From positions 330,001 to 362,000 of the forward strand of contig NZ_CP011391.1 in the NCBI RefSeq assembly GCF_001564455.1: DNA of 32,000 nt, written 5' to 3'. This stretch comes from Faecalibaculum rodentium (GTDB lineage Bacteria > Bacillota_I > Bacilli_A > Erysipelotrichales > Erysipelotrichaceae). Position 1 is the stretch's first letter; every line of letters begins with the position of its first letter. Position numbers and translations under genes: made by a program. Below, in pieces: positions 24,172 through 32,000 of this stretch. The notes under the pieces are model-generated. The model saw only the letters and a list, made by a program, of their open reading frames with translations. It was not told the origin of the DNA and ran no database searches.

Positions 24172-24197
24172 AAATGCAGTGACAAGGAGGCGCAGGT

Positions 24198-24557
24198 ATG
24201 TCTGAACAGGAAAAGAAACCTGCTGCTGTCAGCACAGCAGCTCCGGCAACGGATGAAGTACGCAAGGCAGAGGAAGATCTGAAGAAAGCGAAGGCAGAGC
24301 TGGATACCCGGCTGGAAGAAATGGAGAAGGAATTCGACCGGCGCAGGGAACAGCTGGAGAAGGAATACGAGGAGAAAAAAGCAGTGATGCTCCGGGACAT
24401 GGAAGCGGCCAGAGTCATGGCGGAAGATGAATTCGAGGAACTGCGCTCCCAGGCTGCAGCCCACAAAAAGGAAATCATCTGCGGTGTTTCCATCGCAGCG
24501 GCGGTTGCCCTGCTCACCGCATTGCTGTGCGGCCACGGCAGACACAGCCGACGATAA
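24198..24557 (+). CDS. tail-anchored coiled-coil protein (119 aa), unknown function
   Basis: SD AAGGAGG lies 7 nt upstream. E/K-rich helical region followed by a C-terminal TM (IICGVSIAAAVALLTALLCG). Confidence 0.65.
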   Translation: MSEQEKKPAAVSTAAPATDEVRKAEEDLKKAKAELDTRLEEMEKEFDRRREQLEKEYEEKKAVMLRDMEAARVMAEDEFEELRSQAAAHKKEIICGVSIAAAVALLTALLCGHGRHSRR

Positions 24558-24562
24558 TGCAG

Positions 24563-24587
24563 AAAGCCGGGATCCCCGGCTTTTTCA
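24563..24587 (+). terminator. rho-independent terminator
   Basis: AAAGCCGGG-atc-CCCGGCTTT followed by a T-run. Confidence 0.8.
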
Positions 24588-24622
24588 GACAAGGGGACTA
24601 GTGAAACGAGGGGATACAGGGA

Positions 24623-25105
24623 ATGGGAGATCGTAAATGGGCCATGCGGATCATCGGCGCTCTGATTGTGCTGGCGGTCATCATGGGACTTACTCTCTTT
24701 GCGGAAGGGGTCGATCCTTTCTCCAGACACGCAGCAGAAATCGTACTGAAATCCGCTGATTCCGTACTCAGCGACAGCGGACAGAAACTCTGGGACGCAT
24801 CGGTGATTACCACGGAGGAATCCGAACAGGCCGTAACAGAAGGGGCGTCCACCGGAACCGCCACCACCGGCTCCGGTACCTCGAAGCAGGACAAAAAAGC
24901 CGAGAAGAATGTGAGGAAAGACGAGAAAAAAGAACAGAAAGCTGTAGACAGGACCAGTGAGACAGTTCAGTCCACCATGGACAGCCTGGTCTACCGCCTT
25001 GCGGGCTATCTGCCGGACTGGATCCCGGGCCGGGTGTATGTAGTCACATTCGGCATTCTGGGGATTCTCGTCGTGATTCTCTGGCTCATCAACCGGTATT
25101 GCTGA
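24623..25105 (+). CDS. hypothetical bitopic membrane protein (N- and C-terminal TM, T/S/K/E-rich middle)
   Basis: 160 aa. TM segments at residues about 8-27 and about 135-157. Weak SD (AGGGG, 9 nt upstream). Confidence 0.55.
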   Translation: MGDRKWAMRIIGALIVLAVIMGLTLFAEGVDPFSRHAAEIVLKSADSVLSDSGQKLWDASVITTEESEQAVTEGASTGTATTGSGTSKQDKKAEKNVRKDEKKEQKAVDRTSETVQSTMDSLVYRLAGYLPDWIPGRVYVVTFGILGILVVILWLINRYC

Positions 25106-25175
25106 AATTTTTCGTTTCTTTCAGGTTCGTTTAAGCCTTGGCGCATATTCTTGAACCCATGAGGAGGAATGGAAA

Positions 25176-26111
25176 ATGAAACGAGTTTGGAAAAATATAG
25201 TATGCGGTACAGGTCTTGTGCTTCTGGTGGGATCTGCCGTGGCGACGGGCATGGATGTGTTCGGCGAGGACCGGAGAGCCGGGCGGTTTGAGGAACGTGA
25301 CTGGTCGTTTGGGGGATTTGATGACGACGAAGGGTTCTTCTTTGATGAAGACAGGAACCGGGAGTCCGGTGACAGCCGGCGGTATTCCTTTGATGACGAG
25401 GATGACTTCTTCGATGATGACCGTTTTGAGGATGATTTCTTCGATGATGATTTCTGTGGTGAACAGGGCGGATCCGGATACCGGAACGATACCCGGATCC
25501 GGAACGGGGAAGACAGCACATCGGGGGCAACAGACAATGCAGGATCCGGTGCCGGAAATGACACAGGATCTGACAGGAATGCAGGGAACGAGAAGGCAGA
25601 CAGCGGAAAGTCTGATGCTGCTGACAGTCAGTCCAAAGACAGTGGTGCAAAAGCCACCTCTGTGGTGTCGCTGATGATGGAATCTGATGGGACTGGATCG
25701 GGTACGCTGGAAAAGCCGGGAGGCTGGATGGCTTCAGACGGGCGTCACCATGGAACGAATGGATACGGGATCTTTGTGTTTGTTCTGGAACTTGCCGGCT
25801 TTGCGCTGCTGACAGCCTGGATGATTGCATCCAAAGGCAACAGACTGACCTGGTCCCAGGTTGTGCACCGGACACCGGAACTGCCGTCAGAAAAAGTGGG
25901 GGCCGGTACTGTGGAGGAAGCTGCCGCGAAGACAGCAGACTTTGCGGAGGGTGTGAAGGAGGCTGAAGTCGTGGTGGACGAACCTGTGGAAACAGTATTG
26001 GTTGAGGAAGTGAAACCGGAAGTGCAGGTGGAACAGTCTCAGGAAGCGACAGACAGTGACGCAAAGGCGGACGACAAGACTGATACAGACTCCGCAGAGG
26101 AACAAAAATAG
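25176..26111 (+). CDS. hyper-acidic low-complexity membrane protein with D/F-rich repeats
   Basis: SD GAGGAGG lies 8 nt upstream. N-terminal signal/anchor, then FGGFDDDEGFFFDED...FDDEDDFFDDDRFEDDFFDDDF. A G/S/D/N-rich region, one TM (GIFVFVLELAGFALLTAWMIA) and an acidic E/V/K tail follow. Confidence 0.7.
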   Translation: MKRVWKNIVCGTGLVLLVGSAVATGMDVFGEDRRAGRFEERDWSFGGFDDDEGFFFDEDRNRESGDSRRYSFDDEDDFFDDDRFEDDFFDDDFCGEQGGSGYRNDTRIRNGEDSTSGATDNAGSGAGNDTGSDRNAGNEKADSGKSDAADSQSKDSGAKATSVVSLMMESDGTGSGTLEKPGGWMASDGRHHGTNGYGIFVFVLELAGFALLTAWMIASKGNRLTWSQVVHRTPELPSEKVGAGTVEEAAAKTADFAEGVKEAEVVVDEPVETVLVEEVKPEVQVEQSQEATDSDAKADDKTDTDSAEEQK

Positions 26112-26145
26112 ACACTGCTTCAATACAGTTCAGGTATGCAGTACA

Positions 26146-26179
26146 GGCCGGTACAGAAGAATGTGCCGGTCTTTTCTTC
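26146..26179 (+). terminator. rho-independent terminator of the acidic-protein gene; also the insertion-site hairpin of the group IIC intron
   Basis: 10-bp stem GGCCGGTACA / TGTGCCGGTC (two G-U pairs), loop GAAGAA, then TTTTCTTC. The intron begins at the next base. Confidence 0.8.
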
Positions 26180-26714
26180 GTGTGCCCGGCATGGCATACA
26201 TCCAGGTGGTGAAAGTCCACTATGGGAGCGTATCATCGCAACCGCTAACCATTAGCTCAAGGCAAGGGGCTCACTGGTAACAGGAGTTCTGAAAGAAGCC
26301 TGGCGGCAAAGTTCCGGCCTGAGGAACACGAACCGCATATAAGGCCACAGACGGAGACGAGCGTGCGAAACAGCGCAAAGTCGTAATAGTTGCGGATGAC
26401 TGTCTGGGGTAAATGCGGCAGGTATATGGAATGAAAGATGTATGACCTTACCCGGGGAGGTCCTGCCAGCGAGAGGAATCATCAAACCATGATGACCCCC
26501 TTCCCGCAGTAACAACGAATGGCAGGAAGTCAGCCGAGGCCATAGTAGCGAAGAAGTCCCTGTAATGGGGATGGAGTGAAGGGCCGAACGTACAATTTAC
26601 TGCAAATATCAGGAATGCGTCCTGCACAACAAACCGACAAAGGACAAACCCAGAGAGCCCCTGAAGATGAGTAAGGAAGGGCAGTGCAGGAACACGTGAA
26701 AGAAAGGAGCAGCC

Positions 26715-28064
26715 ATGAACCAGACCAGACTGATACAGCCGGAAGACCTGAGCACACAGGAAATCTTCTCCATGGAGAACCTGACCAATGCGTGCGGACA
26801 GGTACGACGAAACAACGGAGCGGCGGGAGTAGATGGGGTCAAAGCCAGAGAACTCCCTGTGTGCCCCGGAGAGTACTGGGAACAGTTGCGGGAACAGATA
26901 CTGGACCGCAGCTATAAACCACTGCCAGCCAAAAGGACCGATATCCCGAAACCGGATGGGAGCATGCGGGGACTGAATGTCCCGGCAGCCAGAGACAGAG
27001 TCGTGCAGGCCTGTCTGGCAAGCTATCTGGATTACAGGAAGGACTTCGAGATGAGCAACAGCTCATACGGGTTCAGGAAGAACAGGAGATGTGAACAGGC
27101 GATACTGAAAGGCCTCGAGTTCATGAACGACGGGTATGACTGGATCGTCGACATCGACCTGAGGAAATTCTTCGATACGGTAGACCAGGACAGACTGATC
27201 CGCCTGATAGACAACCTGTTCCATAACAGGGACGTCACGTCGCTGACAAGGAAGTTCGTCAGAGCGGGAGTCATGATAGACGGAAGGCTTGTCAGGACAG
27301 AAAGAGGCATCCCGCAGGGAGGGCCGCTTTCGCCGGTACTGGCCAACATCTATCTGGACCAGGCAGACAAGGAACTGGAAAGCAGAGGGCTGAGATTCAC
27401 GAGATACGCAGACGATATGCTCATCTATGTGAAATCGGAAGCCGCCGCCAACAGAGTGATGAAGTCATTCAGCAACTATCTTGAAAAGAAGCTGAAGCTG
27501 GAAGTGAATGCTTCAAAATCGAAAGTGGCCAGACCGGATGAAGTGAAATATCTGGGGTTTGGCTTCAAAAGGAACAAAAGGGAATGGAAGGCGATACCGC
27601 ATGAGAAGTCCATTCATGAGTTCGAGCAGAAGATAATGAAGCTGACAAAACGGAACTGGAGCGTATCTCTTGAGGAGAGGATTGAAAAAATCAATCAGGT
27701 CATCAGGGGATGGAGCAATTATTTCAGGTGTGCATGGCTGTATAAAGAAACGGTGCGCAAACTGGACAGCAAGCTCCGGAGAAGAATCAGGGCCATCATC
27801 TGGAAGCAGTGGAAAAGCATCAGGAAAAAAGAAGAGAGCCTTGTCAGGCTGGGATGTCCCAGAGACAAGGCTCACTCATATGCGTGTGCTCGGCAGGGAT
27901 ATGTCAGGTGCGCAACTACATTCCTGAACAAGTATATCAGAAATATACACCTGAAGAAGAAAGGCCTTCTATCCATGGAGGAATACTTCGATACGGTGGC
28001 AGAAAGGTTCATGAAAACATTTGTACGAACCGCCCAGTGCCGAACGGCATGCTGGGTGGTGTGA
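26715..28064 (+). CDS. group II intron-encoded reverse transcriptase/maturase (no endonuclease domain)
   Basis: SD AAAGGAG lies 5 nt upstream. RT blocks include GIPQGGPLSPVLANIYL and FTRYADDMLIYV. Maturase X motif RGWSNYF. No HNH/En motif at the C-terminus. Confidence 0.95.
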   Translation: MNQTRLIQPEDLSTQEIFSMENLTNACGQVRRNNGAAGVDGVKARELPVCPGEYWEQLREQILDRSYKPLPAKRTDIPKPDGSMRGLNVPAARDRVVQACLASYLDYRKDFEMSNSSYGFRKNRRCEQAILKGLEFMNDGYDWIVDIDLRKFFDTVDQDRLIRLIDNLFHNRDVTSLTRKFVRAGVMIDGRLVRTERGIPQGGPLSPVLANIYLDQADKELESRGLRFTRYADDMLIYVKSEAAANRVMKSFSNYLEKKLKLEVNASKSKVARPDEVKYLGFGFKRNKREWKAIPHEKSIHEFEQKIMKLTKRNWSVSLEERIEKINQVIRGWSNYFRCAWLYKETVRKLDSKLRRRIRAIIWKQWKSIRKKEESLVRLGCPRDKAHSYACARQGYVRCATTFLNKYIRNIHLKKKGLLSMEEYFDTVAERFMKTFVRTAQCRTACWVV

Positions 28065-28089
28065 GAGGGTCAGATGACACCTACTCGAT
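28029..28089 (+). ncRNA. intron catalytic domain V and domain VI
   Basis: Domain V: CCGCCCAG-TGCC-GAAC-GGCA-(TG bulge)-CTGGGTGG, with a CGC triad at 28031-28033 as in IIC introns. Domain VI: GAGAGGGTC-AGAT-GACACCTACTC, with bulged A residues at 28079 and 28083. Confidence 0.75.
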
Positions 28090-28187
28090 GTGATGACAGG
28101 AAAACCGTAGTGTTTGCACTAATTAACAGAATCCGGAAATAAAATGCAAAAAAAGTGCAGAAAAGGGGTAGCGCTTCTGTGAGGGTG

Positions 28188-28196
28188 TGGTATTAT
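28188..28196 (+). promoter_or_regulatory. possible upstream rrn promoter (extended -10 TGgTATTAT)
   Basis: TG-g-TATTAT. The -35 is poor. Confidence 0.3.
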
Positions 28197-28269
28197 AAGT
28201 GAGCTGCAAGCGATTTGGATAAATCAACAAGTCGCAACACAGAAAACAACAAAAAGTTCAAAAAATGTG

Positions 28270-28298
28270 TTGACAGACTCTTGCGGATGAGTTAAGAT
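28270..28298 (+). promoter_or_regulatory. rRNA operon promoter
   Basis: TTGACA (28270-28275), 17 nt spacer, TAAGAT (28293-28298). Preceded by an A-rich UP-like stretch. Confidence 0.7.
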
Positions 28299-28418
28299 AT
28301 AAGAGTGCTGAGGGGCACAGCCGGGCTTGACAGCCGGACCGCTCATTCAGTATCTTTGAAAAGCTTGTGACTTCATCAGAAGCCGCAGGCGATGGAGGCA
28401 TCTGTCATGGGTGCTGAC

Positions 28419-28432
28419 GCTCTTTGAAAACC
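28419..28432 (+). promoter_or_regulatory. boxA-like antitermination element in the rrn leader
   Basis: GCTCTTTGAAAACC compares with Firmicute boxA TGTTCTTTGAAAAC. A second weaker copy, ATCTTTGAAAAGC, lies at 28352-28364. Confidence 0.55.
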
Positions 28433-28531
28433 GGACAGGAAAAACGAAGTAAATACAAGACGATACAACGTCGATTCTTTGAACCTGAAAAACAATCATG
28501 AACACAAGACGCAAAGCGTCTGAGTACAGAT

Positions 28532-30070
<1,539 letters not shown>

Positions 30071-30145
30071 AGGAGAAAGTACAGGGGAAAAGGAAAAAGA
30101 ACAGAGTGGTTCCTGTCCGGTTTTGGAAGAGTGTCTTCCAGGGTC

Positions 30146-30160
30146 GATCTTTGAAAACCG
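30146..30160 (+). promoter_or_regulatory. boxA-like element in the 16S-23S spacer
   Basis: GATCTTTGAAAACCG. Confidence 0.5.
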
Positions 30161-30301
30161 TACAACGATATGAAAGACAACAGAAGGTCTGAAGTAAAGT
30201 TGTGGAGAAAACAGAAGAAACTGAGAGAAAGAAAAGAACAGTGAAGAAACAGTTCTGAGAAAATATCTCGAAGAAAGCACGAAAAACGTTTGAGAGAATC
30301 A

Positions 30302-32000
30302 GATCAAGCAAGGAAGGGCGCAGGGAGGATGCCTGGCCACACTGTACTGAAGAAGGACGTGCCAAACAGCGAAATGCGACGGTGAGCCGTAAGGAGGCAA
30401 AGACCCGTCGGTGTCCGAATGGGGGAACCCGGCAGCCAGAAGGCTGTCATCCCGAAAGGGAGAGGTACCCGGGGAACTGAAACATCTAAGTACCCGGAGG
30501 AAAAGAAAACAACAGTGATTCCCCGAGTAGCGGCGAGCGAAAGGGGAGAAAGCCCAAACCGGAGAGATCCGGGGTAGTAGGACCGTCATAAGAGTGCGAA
30601 AGACACAGCAGAATGTACAGGGAAGTACAGCCAGAGAGAGTGAAAGCCTCGTAAGCGAAGTGTTAGACGCATGAGACGGTATCCTGAGTACGGCGGGACA
30701 CGAGAAATCTTGTCGGAAGCAGGCGGGACCATCCGCCAAGGCAAAATATACAGTGTGAGCGATAGAGAACGAGTACCGTGAGGGAAAGGTGAAAAGAACC
30801 GCGGGAGCGGAGTGAAAGAGAACCTGAAACCGTGTGCCTAAAAGAAGTCAGAGCCCGTCAAAGGGTGATGGCGTGCCTTTTGTAGAATGAACCGGCGAGT
30901 TGTTCCATGGTGCGAGGTTAAGTCGGAAAGGACGGAGCCGAAGCGAAAGCGAGTCTTAAGAGGGCGGTAAGAGTAGTATGGAGCAGACCCGAAACCGGGT
31001 GATCTAGCCATGGGCAGGTTGAAGCAGAAGTGAAATTCTGTGGAGGACCGAACCGACTACCGTTGAAAAGTTAGCGGATGACCTGTGGCTAGGGGAGAAA
31101 TTCCAATCGAACCCGGAGATAGCTGGTTCTCCCCGAAATAGCTTTAGGGCTAGCGTCGGAGGATGACAGACGGAGGTAGAGCACTGAACGGATGATGGCC
31201 CCATCCCGGGGTACTGAATGCGATCAAACTGCGAATGCCGACTGGGAGGAATCCGGCAGTGAGACTGTGGGTGATAAGGTCCATGGTCGAGAGGGAAAGA
31301 GCCCAGACCGCCAGCAAAGGTCCCAAAATACTGGCTAAGTGGAAAAGGATGTGGGGACGCACGGACAGCTAGGAGGTTGGCTCAGAAGCAGCCATCCTTG
31401 AAAGAGTGCGTAACAGCTCACTAGTCGAGTGGCCCTGCGCCGAAAATGTACCGGGGCTTAAGCCAGGTACCGAAGCTGCGGATGTATATGGAAGTATATG
31501 TGGTAGGGGAGCGTTGCATGCAGGAAGAAGTATGACGGAGACGGCATATGGACAGCATGGAAGAGAGAATGCCGGTGTGAGTAGCGAGATGCAGGTGAGA
31601 ATCCTGCACACCGAAAGCCCAAGGATTCCAGGGGAAGGTTCGTCCGCCCTGGGTAAGTCGGGACCTAACGTGAGGCCGAAAGGCGCAGCGGATGGAAAGC
31701 AGGCGGAGATTCCTGCACCCGTATATGGAGCGAAGGAGTGACGGAGAAGGCAGATGCGACCCTCTTACTGGATTGAGGGCCAAGCGAAGCAGGTGGTATC
31801 CAGGCAAATCCGGATACGGAAACCAGAGCGTGACGGGTAAGCGAAAGCGGAAGCGAGTAGCGAAGCGCATCGAGTCAGCTTCCAGGAAAAGCTTCTAGTG
31901 TAAATGCATATACGGCCCGTACCAAAACCGACACAGGTGGGCGCGCAGAGGATGCGAAGGTGAGCGAGAGAACTGTTGCCAAGGAACTCGGCAAAATGGC
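30302..32000 (+). rRNA. rrl: 23S ribosomal RNA, 5' about 1.7 kb (truncated by the window end)
   Basis: GATCAAGCAAGGAAGGGCGCAGGGAGGATGCCTGGCCAC aligns with the canonical 23S 5' end. CCGAATGGGGGAACC and GTACCGTGAGGGAAAGGTGAAAAGAACC blocks follow. Confidence 0.95.

Larger units (their letters stand above)
26180..28089 (+). mobile_element. group II intron, bacterial class C (IIC), apparently full length (about 1.9 kb)
   Basis: 5' end GTGTGCCCGGCATGG. Internal CTGAGGAACACGAAC and CTTACCCGGGGAGGTC blocks and domain V closely resemble the Oceanobacillus iheyensis IIC intron as I remember it. An RT/maturase ORF sits in domain IV. Domain VI has a bulged A (28083) 6 nt before the GAT 3' end. Confidence 0.9.

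Noticed and set aside
25006-26220. 404-aa minus-strand ORF (P/S/H/R-rich) opposite the acidic-protein gene
   Set aside because: It is the mirror image of GAT/GAA/GAC-rich coding sequence. It has no SD and crosses the terminator hairpin and the intron 5' end.
26715-28064. The reverse transcriptase as a retron, DGR or Abi-type defence RT
   Set aside because: The ORF has the maturase X motif. It is embedded in RNA with a canonical group II 5' end, IIC-type domain V (CGC triad) and a domain VI branch A. No msr/msd-like repeats or template/variable repeat pair were seen.
30071-30301. tRNA-Ile/Ala genes in the 16S-23S spacer
   Set aside because: No acceptor/T-arm (GGTTCGAATCC-type) pattern or cloverleaf could be folded. 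The spacer is purine-rich with only a boxA-like element and the processing-stem strand.

Overview
GC-rich (about 55-60%) chromosomal segment of a Bacillota bacterium. By eye the 16S signature (GGGAATTTTCGTCAATGGGCGCAAGCC) looks Erysipelotrichia-like; no database search was run. All protein family calls below are motif recognition by eye from the supplied translations.

Gene content, left to right:
- Partial nitrite/sulfite-reductase-like gene and a small charged protein.
- An AT-richer IS110-family insertion sequence.
- A carbohydrate-type module: SDR, split transketolase, HAD phosphatase, 3-hydroxyacyl-CoA-dehydrogenase-like gene.
- A monocistronic tRNA-Pro(GGG), an RluA-family pseudouridine synthase and plsY.
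- A membrane-anchored metalloprotease with the lethal-factor-type HExxH...EFFAE signature.
- Two tandem DUF4230-like envelope proteins.
- A two-gene operon: ParB-like/BMP-like cytoplasmic fusion protein plus a metallophosphoesterase.
- A MATE efflux gene, a class I DAHP synthase, and a MocR/GntR regulator divergent from an ECF S-component.
- A small GNAT, a long uridine-kinase-like protein, and three low-complexity membrane proteins.
- A complete group IIC intron inserted directly behind a terminator hairpin.
- An rRNA operon: 16S complete, no spacer tRNA, 23S truncated by the window end.

Most of the long ORFs in the six-frame track are antisense shadows typical of GC-rich DNA.

Items most worth a second look:
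1. An SD-preceded 21-codon uORF containing a terminator-like hairpin plus U8, coupled by a TTGA overlap to the MATE start. This is a candidate ribosome-sensing attenuator.
2. The ParB-like/BMP-like fusion with the 4-nt-overlapping phosphoesterase.
3. The IIC intron sitting about 100-180 bp upstream of the rrn promoters.
4. The IS110 element with about 260 nt of structured 5' non-coding sequence (bridge-RNA-type candidate).
5. An orphan 410-bp structured intergenic region with a mini-ORF and a U8 terminator.

I cannot demonstrate a complete novel multi-gene system from sequence alone.
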